A stretch of DNA of 64,000 nt from Octopus sinensis (GCF_006345805.1 NC_043001.1:1674001-1738000); one strand, 5' to 3'. Counted from the first letter of the stretch, positions 25,936 through 38,985 are shown. The notes: generated by a model not told the origin, from the letters alone. Made by a program: numbers and translations.

Positions 25936-26183
25936 TCATAGATAAGGGCAAATGAAAAGATTTCTAATGCCAAATATGCCGAAAATTGGACATATTGTCC
26001 ATTAACCATATAATGTTTTCACAATACGCACGCTACTCGAAAAAAGGTGGACAGAAATTTCTGTCCACCTTTTTTCCAGTAGCGTGCGTATTGTGAAAAC
26101 ATTATATGGTTAATGGACAATATGTCCAATTTTCGGCATATTGGCATTAGAAATCTTTTCGTTTGCCCTTATTTATGAATTGT
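25931..26183. repeat. Spacer-less palindrome with ~126-bp arms
   Basis: Centre GAAA|TTTC at 26057/26058; few mismatches. Confidence 0.95.
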
Positions 26184-26466
26184 TTATAAATTTAACCTTT
26201 AAAGGTATTTCTTAATATGCTGGCCATTGATAACATTTTTTGGGGAAAAGAATTTTTTTCGAAAAAAGTTTTATCCTACATTATATATATATATATATAT
26301 ATATTATCTGTATTCAATTAATAGAAGAAAAGAAAATGGAGAGTTGAAAGTTAATAATTAATAAATTGATGATTCTTACTTCCAACAGCTGTTTCTATTT
26401 GTGCTCATTAAATAAATTACAAATTTATGCTTTGAATTTGCATTTATAAGATATGAGCAAAATATC

Positions 26467-27935
26467 GTCAGAGAAAAAGACATACACTATAAAGGATTAT
26501 ATGTTGATCTCTTTGTTCATACCAGCAGACTAAATATATGGAGTGGTGTTATTTTATTTTTATTTCTGTTTGTGTGAGTGGGTTAATGGATTGATTTGAA
26601 TATAATAAGAAATAGAGTAAAATAAATAAGGTAGAATAAAATAAAACATAGAAAGTAAAATACAAATAAAATAAAAGGTATAAAAATATAAAATAAATAA
26701 GATGAGAATAAAAATAAGATAAATTAATGAAAGTAGAACAAAAATAAAACGAGATAGAATATACATATATAGATAAATATGTACAAACACATACATATAT
26801 AAGAATATATGTAAAAAAAGTGCATACATATACATACATGTATTTAATAGAAGCATTAGTTGAATTACACTAAAGTATATACAAATGCTATCGAATTGAA
26901 GGTTATAATGCGTATATATGTGTGTGATTGTATGCCTTCTGTGTGTAGTTATATGCATGTATTTGTGTATCTGTGCATTTAGGTACATTTAGAGTGAGGG
27001 TGAGTGGCTTAGTGGTTAGGGGCATTTGGCTCACGATCGAAAGGTTGTGATTTCAATTCCCGGTGTTGTGTCCTTGAGCAAGACTATTTCACGTTGCTCC
27101 AGTCCACTCAGCTGGCAAAATTGAGTTGTACCTGCATTTCAAAGGGCCAGTCTTGTCACACTCTCTGTCATGCTGAATCTGCCTGAGATTTACATTAATG
27201 GTGAGCGTGTCTGTGGAGTGCTCAGCCACTTGCATATTAGTTTCACGTGTAGGCTGTTCCGTTGATCGTATCAGCTGGGACCCTCATTGTCGTAACCGAC
27301 AGAGTGCTCCTTAACACATTTATATATGTGCATATGTATGTATACATGCGTATGTATATAGATATATGTATACATATATATATGTGTGCTTTTGTGTATG
27401 AGTGTGTGTGTGTGTATATATATATGCATGCGATTATTACTGTGAGTCTTTTATTACCATATAATTCCACACACATGCAGATATTGAGAAACTGTTAAGA
27501 TTAGATATTTTCTGAAACACTTAACCTCATGGAAATTAATTCAAATTTCTCCAACCAATGGTTACTGATTACTACAGAGAGGCTGTATGTTAATTTCATT
27601 TTTTACCTATAAGTGTGTATGTGTGTTATGTATGTATTTTTATATATGTATATTCTTTTCTATTTTATTTTATTTTTTCTACTTTGATTTATCTTATTTA
27701 TTTTATATTTTCATACTGTTTATTTTTATTGTATTTTGCTTTTTATATTATTTTACTTTATTCTACCTTATTATCTATTTTACTCTATTTCTTATTATAT
27801 TCAAATTAATCCATTAACCCACTCACACATACAGAAATAAAAATAAAATAACTCCACTCCATATATTTAGTCTGCTGGTAGGAACAAAGAGATCAACATA
27901 TAATCCTTTATAGTGTATATTTTTTCCTCTAACAT
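26467..27935. repeat. Large diverged inverted repeat (arms about 26467-26820 and 27597-27935)
   Basis: ATACACTATAAAGGATTATATGTTGATCTCTTTGTTC.TACCAGCAGACTAAATATATGGAGTGG occurs in opposite orientations. Confidence 0.85.
26992..27315 (+). mobile_element. tRNA-derived SINE with CORE-like middle and the 9.8-kb tail
   Basis: TGTCCTTGAGCAAG...CCAGTCCACTCAGCTG middle. Tail TGTACCTGCATTTCAAAGGG...GTAACCGAC is shared with 9792-10000. Possible 7-bp TSD ACATTTA. Confidence 0.75.
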
Positions 27936-28061
27936 CCTACATATATTTTTACTTTTATTTTTATTCTCTTATTGCCCTTTATACTGCCTATATCCATCCT
28001 TATCCAAAGTAACTCCTTATACTGAACTCTACTATTTCCCTCTAGTTAACTCTCTCCTATC

Positions 28062-28109
28062 GTCTCTGATGAAGGGATATCCCTAATATCCCAGAAACAG
28101 CTGTAAGAC
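28062..28109 (+). ncRNA. Minimal type I hammerhead ribozyme with palindromic loop III
   Basis: GTCT-CTGATGA-A-GGGATAT-cccta-ATATCCC-A-GAAAC-AGCT-GTA-AGAC. Stem I GTCT/AGAC, 7-bp stem II, intact core. Confidence 0.8.
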
Positions 28110-28386
28110 TACCTTTCTCTTTATAATTAAACTCCACACTGCCTTGGTTTTGTTGCCTCGTTTTATTTAACATATACATGCTATGCTTGCACAAGAGCCG
28201 CATTAGACTGCTCCCTCATATTGAATCAAGAGTCTAACTACGATCCTCCAGTAGCACTTACATAGCCTGGCCTGCCACCTTGGGTCTTCTAGATACCAAT
28301 ACATCTCATGTTATTGCTTCCTTGCTAATACAAGCACTTATTACAGGTAAGGATTGTATAATGGATAAACAATTATATGTATACAA

Positions 28387-28422
28387 GGGATATAATAAAT
28401 ATCCTGGAAACAGCTGTGAGAC
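28387..28422 (+). ncRNA. Degenerate hammerhead (no CUGANGA box; GUG at the cleavage triplet)
   Basis: GGGATAT-aataa-ATATCCT-G-GAAAC-AGCT-GTG-AGAC. Confidence 0.5.
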
Positions 28423-29378
28423 CTATTTATAAATATTCTTAAATCTTCACAGCCTTGGTTTTTTATCTCATTCTGAAAAAATTTTTTTATATATACACAC
28501 ACTGATATATGACCTACGTCGGTCTCCTTATTTGTATAATCACCGAACCTGGAGCTTAACTATGGTCTGTCCATAGCACTTACTCAGCATTACCTGAAAC
28601 CTTTGGGTCTTACTGACACCATTACCTCTTATGACCTTTCTCTTTCTCTCTCTTTCTCTCTCTCTCTTTCTATATATATATATATAGATGTATGTATGTA
28701 TATATTATAGAATTCATGTTGATTGGGATTTAAAGTTTCGTCTGTGACTGGTTGAAATACGCGGACAAACAAAACCTAAAGTTCCTGTCAACTCACATTT
28801 TATAACTGTGGAATCCTCTTCATCAGTAAATGTTTCTTTGCTATACTTTAACTCGTTTCAAAATAATAACCGCTATTTAGAATATATATACATGCATGAG
28901 TGCGCGCGTGTGTGTGTGTGTGTGTATGTACATAGATACATATTCTCAGTTCTACTCACTATCCATTTATGAGATTTTAGTTACAAAATATAATCTGAAA
29001 TTATGGTACAGTATACTCGGCCCATGTTTAGCAAAGCTGTTGGTGACTGCAAATCAAAATTCTTATGCAGCTCAGAAAAATCAAAGTGACGATGGTAGAT
29101 GTACAACAGACTAAGTGAAGAAATAACAGGTCTCTGATTCCAAGATTGTCATGTATTGATGTGTGAAATGTTGTCAATTAACTGGGTAAAATTCTTTTAA
29201 ATGCGGTCTGAAATGTTTAGCTTGAAGCGATAGTTTTAGCAGTCTGCAGTTATACAGCGAGGGAGATTTGGCTGTTAATACCAACTAAGTTACCATTCGT
29301 AGGTGAAATAATTTATCTTTTCAACAAAGAAGAAGTGACACAGAAGGTCGTCGATTGCAAAGACTAACTGGAACACAG

Positions 29379-29447
29379 GTAAGTTGGAAAATAGATTTAA
29401 TCTGAGACTGACTAACTTAGAAGACCAACAATTTCATTTTGTAACAG
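29379..29447 (+). other. Candidate 69-nt spliceosomal intron
   Basis: CAG|GTAAGT donor, TGACTAAC branch site at 29409-16, TTTCATTTTGTAACAG|G acceptor. Confidence 0.4.
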
Positions 29448-29888
29448 GTGACCAGAGAATTTTGCTTAGAATTTAGCATTGAGTATTACTTCAGTCTCTG
29501 ATTCTAATTCGATCAATTTCATTCAATATAGCCAACAGGGAGGGTTTTACATGGTCACTTGATTTGCTGGGAATAGCAACCAAATCTTTCTAAAATCACA
29601 TTTTACGGATTTCAAAAGAGAAGAGATGGGATCTTCAATATTCCGTATCTGAATAAAAGGCAGGATGGTCATGTCTAGAACTATTTGTAATTGTAAGTCT
29701 GTGCTAGCAGATCTGATCTGGGACTAAGCAAATCAATAATATAAATAAATGATAAATAAACAAATATATGCGTGTGTGTGTGTTATCTTAGAATAAACTA
29801 ATTCTACAAGGAAAATTCTTTACAGAAGCAGTAGAGCGAAATAATCAAAGCAGTTATTAATTTTACAAGCTATCAATTTTGAATCAAT

Positions 29889-29926
<38 letters not shown>

Positions 29927-30345
29927 CTACACGTATATACTGACATTTATTTTAATGTGTATCTTTCGGTTTGCTATTCTGTGTCCCCATAGTTTAAACT
30001 AATTATGCTGAAGTCTTTCTATCCTTGTACGAATTTATTATACTCTATCGCAAACTGAATTACAAAACTTAATTCTGTTCTTGCTTTGCTACAGAGATTC
30101 AGCTGACGTCTTTGAACTTAGAAGGCACATTCATTTCGAAATACCAGTGTCTCAGAGTTTGATACAACACTGAAGTGTACATATGTTTTGTCAACACAGC
30201 AATGTCTAAAAGAAAGAATTGTTCAAGGAAGATGGAATTCAATAGCAAAAAACATCACGACTCTTTGTGATGGAATGTGATATGAAAGAATATATACTAT
30301 ACTGACGAATTTTACTATATATATATATATGTATGTATGAATGTA

Positions 30346-30391
<46 letters not shown>

Positions 30392-30410
30392 TGTGTGTGT
30401 GTATATATAT

Positions 30411-30720
30411 ATACATATAAGAGGGATGACCACTAAGTGGACAACCATTATGCTAGAAGTCGATCCACTAAGATCTTACCACAACGAAAGGAATGTTCTC
30501 AAGAAAATTTAGCAAATGCCAGAAAGTAAGCAAGCAAGACAAATGAAAAGATATAAAATATACATTCAATAGTTTGTATCTTTTCATTTGTCTTGCTTGC
30601 TTACATTCTGGCGTTTGCTAAATTTTCTTGAGAACATTCATTTCTTTAGTGGTAAGACCATAGGGGGTCGACTTCTAGCATAATGGATGTCCACTTAGTG
30701 ATCATCCCTCTTGTATGTAT
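30411..30720. repeat. Diverged fold-back: ~147-bp arms, ~15-bp spacer
   Basis: AAGAGGGATGACCACTAAGTGGAC... versus ...GTCCACTTAGTGATCATCCCTCTT. Confidence 0.9.
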
Positions 30721-30826
30721 GTAATATAATTTTTCTGAATCTTCAGATTTTTCTATATGTTAGACCACTGGTTTTAAATTGATATTAATCAAATTAATAT
30801 TCAATTTTTTACCCTTATTATTTTGA

Positions 30827-30858
<32 letters not shown>

Positions 30859-31044
30859 ATCTATATATATATATATATGCATTTATATATATCTATATTT
30901 ACACATATATATATACACACATATACAAAAATGTGTGTGGTGTGGAATGTGCATGCTTGTATGTACTACATATAGTTGAAAATTACTTTATATATATATA
31001 TATATAATGACAGCACCATAAAGAAGCACCGATTTCTCAGAAGG

Positions 31045-32085
31045 GCAATAAATACCAAAGATGTACAGAAAACAGATTCTATCACATACTAGGGGGAAAA
31101 CTAGAAGTAGTTGATATCTTCTGTTACCTAGGTGACCAAGTCAGTAGTGGGGGTGGATGCTCAGAGAGCATAGCTGCTAGAATAAGAATAGCCTGGGCAA
31201 AGTTCAGAGAGTTCCTACCTCTGCTGGTAACAAAGGACCTCTTGCTCAGAGTGAAAACTAGACTGTTTGATTCTTGTGTGTGAACAGCCATGCTCTATGG
31301 GCCATGACTGCTGAAGATATGTGTATGCTTGAAAGAAATGAAGCTAGTATGCTGCGATGGATGTCAGTGTGCATACACGACAGAGTATAAGTGACCTGAG
31401 AGAAAAGTTGGACATTAGAAGCATCAGATGTGGTGTGCAAGTGAGACGATTGCATTGGTATGGTCATGTGTTGCATATGGATGAAGACAGTTGTGTGAAG
31501 AAGTGTCACACCCTAACAATGGTGGGAACCTGTGGAAGACCCAGGAAGACATGCAATGAGGTGGTGAAGCATGACCTTTGAACAATGAGTCTCACATGGC
31601 CAATGACAAGTGACCGAGACCATTGGAAAGATGGTGTACTTCAGAGGAGCAAGCAAGCCAAGTGAGACCATAGCAGTGTTGCATAACCGACCCATTTAAA
31701 AGCACCCTTTGATTGTCGGGCAATATGCTGTACTTGAAAAGACCTGTTGAGTCAAGTGAAATCGTAGTCATGGCTGATGCCAGAGCTGCCTGAGTTGCAC
31801 ATGTGCCGGTGGCATGTAAAAAGCAGCATTCGAGCATGGTCGATGCCAGGGCCGCCTGACTAGTCCCTGTGCCCGTGGCACGTAAAAAGCATCTGGCATA
31901 CTCTCAATGTGGTTGGCATTAGGAAGGGCATCCAGCTGTAGAAACCATGCCAGATCAGATTGGAACATGGTGCATCCTCCTGGTTGGCCAGTCCTCAGTT
32001 AAACCATCCAACCCATGTCAGTATGGAAAGTGGACATTAAATGATAATGATGATGATGATGATGGAGATGATGATGATGATGATA
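31045..32085 (+). mobile_element. RTE-clade LINE 3' end (RT C-terminus, 3' UTR, (GAT)n tail)
   Basis: KLEVVD.FCYLGDQVSSGGG, RIAWAKFRELLPLL, RRLHWYGHVL.MDED, GRPRKT. The UTR matches the dispersed GGAAGGGCATCCAGCTGTAGAAAC family. Confidence 0.85.
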
Positions 32086-32355
32086 TATATATATATATAT
32101 AAAAGAAGAAAAAGAAAATGGAGATTGGGAAGTTAATAATTGTGAAGATGGTTAATTTGCTGTTAATAATAAACAATCATTAACTTCCTAATCTCCATTT
32201 TGTTTTGCTCCTTTTATATGAATATAAACTCTATGTTTTTATATATACACCTATTATCTTAAGGAAATGAATTCTCCCCAAATACTAGGCATTGAACCAA
32301 TGTTTACTCGGATAAAACCATCCCTTCATGAAGTTAACACATCTAATCGAATATA

Positions 32356-32923
32356 TTGGGTTGTCCAGAAAGATCATGCCGATTTTTAAATATTAAAGAA
32401 AAAAGTCAATAAATACTTGCCATTACATTTTTAAACAACCAAATATGAACCATTTTGTTGCACAATGCGTCTCCATCTTTCCTTTAACTTGAAAATACCC
32501 TCTTCCCAGAATTGAGGTGGTTTCATGGCAAAGAATTCATCAAGGTATCTTTTTATGTCATCCAAGGAATTGAAATTTTTACCATTAAGACTATTCTGCA
32601 GAGACCTGAATAAGTGGAAATCCGAAGGAGCAATATCTGGTGAATATGGAGGGTGGAGTAACACATCCCAGCTGAGCTGCAGCAATTTTTGTCTGGTTCC
32701 CAAAGCATCAAGTGCTGAAAAGGAACTTTCTTATCTTCCATTTTAAAGGGTTACAGAATTAACACAGGTTATAGGAACATAAACCTTCTTCCACGAAAAG
32801 ATAGCTTAAACTGTGTTCTAAATGGAGGTGTAGTCAAATCCTTTTTTATGGACTCAACCATGTTCTAGAATAAGTCAAAATGTAAGCTACTATAAATTGG
32901 TACGAACTGTCCGGACAACCCGA
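32356..32923 (-). mobile_element. Internally deleted mariner (Tc1/mariner) element, 568 bp
   Basis: TA flanks at 32354-55 and 32924-25. Imperfect TIRs TTGGGTTGTCCAGAAAG / CTGTCCGGACAACCCGA. ORF 32431-32703 contains HPPYSPDIAPSDFHLF. Confidence 0.9.
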
Positions 32924-32939
32924 TATATATATATATATA

Positions 32940-33170
32940 TATATATCCACCTTTAAGTATATCCATACCTTATCAAATTATCCCCAAAGTCTTATTAATG
33001 GGAAAATCAAAGGTGTGTTGATAAGAATCTCTAACTTATCTGCAAGCTGAAAGATTTTTAATAATTTTGCACCCTTTTATAATACAGCATTGAAGGAAAG
33101 TGAATTCAATAGGAAGATATATTATATTAAGGAAACAATATTTAAAAATAAAGTAGGTAAATGTTTTTCA
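32940..33170 (+). pseudogene. Penelope-like element RT C-terminal remnant
   Basis: Translation IRISNLSAS*KIFNNFAPFYNTALKESEFNRKIYY resembles the PLE RT thumb region. Confidence 0.6.
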
Positions 33171-34406
33171 AATATTGCAAAATTAAACATTGACACCCTC
33201 CCATGAACAACCCCACTGATCATAAGAACCGACACCATAATAGAAGATACTATAATTCTATTAATAATAATCATCATCATCGTCGGAAACATAGGAGAAG
33301 GAAAGACCCAGAGAAGGGATGACAGAGGAAAAGAAATCGCCAACAGTACACATGCGGTCACATTTTGAATATATATATATATATATATGCAAACATATAC
33401 ATACATATATACACACATATATATAATGCATATATACATATATGTATATGCACAGACATATGTAGATATGTGTGTGTATGTATGTGTATGCATACATATA
33501 TTTATATTCGTTTGTACAGGTATACTTGAATGTAGGTACAATTTCATATAAATGTATGCACACACACATTATATACATAGATGCACATATAAGCATATGT
33601 GTATATGAATGTATATACATACTCATATACATATATGAATGCTTATGTCCACGTGCATGTACTTTTAAATCTTGGCATTTAGATAAAAAGTAGGCCAGAC
33701 CCTAACTTACATTTTTCTTGTATACTTATTCAATTTCTATATTTTTTGAGGTCTACCTTAAATGGCTCCTGGCAACTACTTACCTTACTTTAATGAATTT
33801 TTTTGGCATAAAGGAATTCTGCCATCTTTCAACACACACACACACACACACACACACACTCAACAAGACATTTCAAGATATTTGCACTTAGATGCATACT
33901 ATTGAATGTGTTCACACTTCTACATCTTTCATCTGTTACATTCCTAAACCTCCTCATGTTCACTTTGGTATTTCTATTTCTCCCCCATGAATAATTTGGC
34001 AATGTTGCTTATCTCCCTTCATATTAACTCTTCACTCATCATATTTACCTGATGTAACTACACTGTTGGGCACAGATTTCAAAGTTGAAATGAATAATTA
34101 TTTTTCTCTTTACTTTTGACTATTTAAACTGCTTTTTAAAATTTCCAATGTAACTTAGAAATTTTTCAAGAATTATTGAAAATTCATACAATGTCTCCCA
34201 CTATGTGTAACATTGCATCTCCAGCTTTAACAAGAGTTCACGAACAATAACATTCATATAACAGATTTTCTTTATTCATTCCCTGACTGATGTCTCTTGC
34301 ATTCTGCTTCATGACAATCGCTCAATATTTACAGCTATTTAGGATAATTCTTCTCTCAATATATTTATATATACATTCACACACACACTATATATATATA
34401 TGTATA

Positions 34407-34514
<108 letters not shown>

Positions 34515-35698
34515 TTGCTTAATGTCAAGCAGATAAGAAAATATTGTGCAATGCATGTTGTATAGGATGTAGTTTTAATAAAAAGATTATATATATATAT
34601 GTATATATATATTATGTATGTATGTATGTATGTATGTATGTATGTAGATAGGTAGGTATAGTTTACTGTTCCATAATTGGTGGAATCAAAAGAAAGTACA
34701 GTATCCAGCGACCGATAAATATAATTTAGTAAACACAAGATTTAAATGTGAGATACTGTAAGTTTCAGGTTTCTGATAATAGAATGGTTGGATTACCGTG
34801 TGAAGTATACTCTATGTTATCAGGCAATCATTTAGGAACAAAATACAACATGAGTGCTCATGAGAAAAAGTGAGAAAGAATGAGAAAGAATACGAAGAAA
34901 AAATGCAAATGAAAAAGGGGAATGAGTAAAGGAATACAGAGGTAAGGGCGATAAAAGTTGCATCCCTTTGGTCCTTTAAATGGAAATTAATTATGGCTAG
35001 ATAATTCGACAGGGAAAGGTTAAAGTTTGTGAGAGTGGATCCTTAATCTGGAGTGAGTGGTTTTTTCCCCCCAGTTTGATAATAGAAACTTATCCAGATG
35101 TATACATGTAGAGAAAATCTCAAATCTAGAATCCAATAGGTTAGTGGAGTTCTTTGACTTAATATGGATATGAGTTCTTTCAGCTATACAAAGCCTGCAA
35201 GTCCATGATCCATTATCATATAGCATGAATTGTTCAATGATGGTGTGCTGGGCTATTGTTGGTCTTCAAGTTCCAGATATAGCTAGCTAACTTAATGGTT
35301 TTCTTCTTATCAATATGTTGGAAGATGATTGTGATTGGCATGTGTGTGTGTGTGTGTGTGTGTGTATCTGTTTACAGTTATTTATCAATATGTTTCCTTG
35401 TACTTAGTCTCACTGAAACATAGAAATTGATCTATTGGTTGCTATGCTGTCTGTGTGTCTATGGTTTTCGTTTCACCCAGTGTTAAGTCATAAGCCATTC
35501 TTACAATTATATTTATTTTCTTATTTAATTTCCAATAAAAAAAAAAAATGGGTGTTTATCCATTTTCAATATTTGGCTTTAAAAAACCTGATTGCTACAA
35601 GACCCCCCCCCTTCTCCAGTCTCTCTTTACTTTCTTCACCTCTCTTTCTTTGTCACCTTGCTACACACACACACACACATGCATGCACGCACACACAA

Positions 35699-35731
<33 letters not shown>

Positions 35732-36392
35732 AACACCTCCCCCCCTGCCACACATTTTATGAAAGATTAAGCAAATTTAAAGATATTTCTTTGCTATATT
35801 TTCTCCAATTCTGTTTAATTTCTACAACTGCACAATATCGTTTTTTACCTTGAATAAAATTAAAACTTAATTAATTAATTCAGGTGATATTCACATTCAT
35901 TTCCAATCCTTCATCTACTCACTCTTTAAACTCTTCAAATTAGATGCACACATCTACCTGCTGAACTGTTTTCAGGTCAGTTATTTTCCTTACTTTCCAA
36001 CTAAATACAATTTCTATCTTTAATCCTTCTTCAACACCACAATTATGTATTATTGGCCATTATATGAGCTTAATAGTTATTGTCCAAATTTACTCTGGCT
36101 ATACGTAGTTGACCCTCTTAATATTCACCGTTATCTACATATGAAATACTTCAGTCCTTGTTTCAAAGACTTTTCCACCGTTTCCTGAATCCTTTTCTGC
36201 CCCTTCAATCTTCACATGTGGCCACTCTCACATGTGCATGTATATGCAGAAAAATATGCAGATGCAGAGACAGTCACACATCCACATGTGTGCACAGACA
36301 TAAACGACTTCATAACTCATTCATGCCAAAGCGGATTTTGAGTCTTGATGTGATCCTCCGGTTTTATTGAGTCAACTTTCATCAAATGCATG

Positions 36393-36518
36393 TACAAGGT
36401 GGTGATGAAAAGTTCCTGGTTTTAGGAGTATTGCAAAAGGCCTGGCTGGAGATCCAACCTTCCAAGCACTTTTACAGGGTTTAGAAAAACTGAAGACCAC
36501 TACAATAAGCACGTGAAT
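36393..36518. mobile_element. Partial mariner-type MITE end next to the RTE insertion
   Basis: TACAAGGTGGTGATGAAAAGTTCC resembles Tc1/mariner TIR starts; no partner TIR found. Confidence 0.3.
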
Positions 36519-36522
36519 AAGC

Positions 36523-37524
36523 ATCATCATCATCATCATTTTTAATGTCTGCTTTCCATGCTAGCATGGGTTGGACGATTTTGACTGAGGGCTGGCGAAC
36601 CAGATGGCTGCACCAGGCACCAATCTTGATCTGGCAGAGTTTCTACAGCTGGATGCCCTTCCTAACGCCAACCACTCTGAGAGTGTAGTGAGTGCTTTTT
36701 TACGTGCCAGTTGGCTGCTCTTGCAATGATCATGCTCGTATGGTGCCCTTGGTACCCTACTAGCATGGGCACAAGTGCCAGTAAGGCAACGCTGGTAACG
36801 ATCACACTCAAATGGTGTCCTTTTAAATGCCACTGGCACGGAAGCCAGTTAGCCACTCTGTCAATGATTGCCCTCGTATGGTGCTATTTGCACCCCGCTA
36901 GCATGGATGCCAGTCGTTGAATTTGATTTTGAGTTCACTTGCCTCAACAGGTCTTCACAAGCAAAGTTTAATGACCAAAGAAGGAAAAGGTACGCATAAG
37001 CGGGCTGGTTACACTCCTGGCATAGGCCACAGATTATGGTCTCATTTCATAGGCCACAGGCTATGGTCTCATTTGGCTTGCCGGGTCTTCTCAAGCACAG
37101 CATATTTCCAAAAGTCTCAGTCGCTAGTCAATTCCTTGGTGAGGCCTAATGTTCAAATGTCATGCTTCACCACTTCATCCCAGGTCTTCTTGGGTCTACC
37201 TCTTCCACAGTTTCCCACAACCGCTAGGGTGTGGCACTTTTTCACACAGCTATCCTCATCCATTTTTGCCACATGACCATACCAGCGCAGTCGTCTCTCT
37301 TGCACACCACATCTAATGCTTCTTAGGTTCACCTTTTCTCTCAAGGTACTTACACTCTTTTGAGTATGCACACTGACATTACACATCCATCGGATCATAC
37401 TGGCTTCATTCCTTGTGAGCTTACGCATGTCCTCAGCAGTCACAGCCCATGTTTCACTGCTGTGTAGCATGGCTGTTCGTACACATGCATCATACAATCT
37501 ACCTTTTACACTGAGCGAGAGGCC

Positions 37525-37530
<6 letters not shown>
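36523..37530 (-). mobile_element. RTE-clade LINE 3' end
   Basis: ORF 37153-37620 contains KGRLYDACVRTAMLH.SETW, RRLRWYGHV and GRGRPKKTWDEVV; the UTR and (GAT)n tail are on the minus strand. Confidence 0.85.
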
Positions 37531-37562
<32 letters not shown>

Positions 37563-37579
37563 GTATGTGTATATGTTTG

Positions 37580-37785
37580 TGTGTCTGTGTTTGTCCCCCC
37601 CAACATTGCTTGACAAGCAATGCTGGTGTGTTAACATCTCTGTAACTTAGCGATTCGGTAAAAGAGACCGATAGAATAAATACTAGGCTTACAAAGAATA
37701 AGTCCTGAGATCGATTTCTTTGACTAAAGGCAGTGCTCCAGCATGGTCACAGTCAAATGACTGAAACAAGTAAAAGAATAAAAGA
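37580..37785 (+). mobile_element. SINE-like family with CAGCATGG.CACAGTCAAATGACTGAAAC tail. Other copies at about 2660-2830(+), 23812-24010(-) and 55715-55920(-)
   Basis: Four mutually similar dispersed copies. Confidence 0.65.
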
Positions 37786-38135
37786 ATATATATACATACA
37801 CATATATACATTTTATTTATACTTATATTTTATGTGTAATTGTGTGGGCATATTCCAAGAGGTGTGTGTGTGTGTGTGCATACATGTGTGCTTGTGTGTG
37901 TATGTGTGTGTGTGTGTGTGCGCATAATTGTATGTTTATATTTTCCTTTTACTGGTGAAGTCACATGAGGAAGGCCAGTGCTGATGTTGTTTAGTTCAGC
38001 CTGAGAGGTTGAGAAAAAGAGTGGGAGCAACCATCTACTTCAATGCAGTGCCCACTGATGATCGCATACAACGACCAATTGAAAATATTGAACACTGCTT
38101 TGGTGTGCACTTGTATGCGTGTGTGTGTGTATGTA

Positions 38136-38166
<31 letters not shown>

Positions 38167-38898
38167 TGTGCATATGCGAAAGATGCATCTTTGTTTTTTT
38201 TTTGTTGTTTTTTCCAGCTAATATGTACACCAAGTTGTTCAACCCATCACATTTTATGGAACCATTAAATAAGAGATATTTCTATGCAAATTATATTTAG
38301 CAATGTACTCTTATTTTTTGAAATACATTTTATCTCGTTACAGTTTTGCAATCTTAATTTTGGCCATGAGCTGTTGTTGTCTGAGGGGGTGGGGTGGAAT
38401 GCTGTTCATCTAACCATTAATAATATCATGCTATATATGAGGTAATAATTTATAATAATATGTCATGTGATCTGACTCTTCAGTATCTCATGCACAGACA
38501 TACACAAACACACAAACATACATACATACATACATACATACATACATACATACATACATGCATACATGCATACATACATACATGCATACATGCATACATA
38601 CATACATATCTTGTAAAATTAGTATGTTTCAGTTAGTTGAATTATCAATTTATGATTAATGTTTAACACTACTACTAGTCCTGCTGCTGCTGCTACTACT
38701 ACTACTACTGATGATGGTGGTGATGATGATGATGATGATGTTGATGATGTTGATCCTTTCTACTATAGGTGCAAGGCCTGAAATTTGGAGGTGGTAGCTA
38801 GCTGATTACATCAACCCCAGTATTCAACCGGTACTATTTCATTGACCCCCAAAAAGATGAAAGGTAAAATCGGCCTCAACAGAATTTGAACTCAGAAC

Positions 38899-38985
38899 AG
38901 GCATATGGTGTAGTGGTTAAGAGCATGGGCTACTAACTCCAAGATTCTGAGTTCGATTCCAAGCAGTGACCTGAATAATCATAAT
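38899..38985 (+). mobile_element. Very short tRNA-like SINE with (AAT)n tail
   Basis: A box TGGTGTAGTGG and B box GAGTTCGATTCC; no acceptor-stem closure; AAT repeat follows. Confidence 0.55.

Noticed and set aside
28725-28835. Minus-strand CTGATGA ... GAAAC pair
   Set aside because: The ~85-nt separation has no closing stem II and the cleavage triplet geometry is wrong
38899-38985. True tRNA gene
   Set aside because: No acceptor-stem pairing and an (AAT)n tail; fits a SINE head
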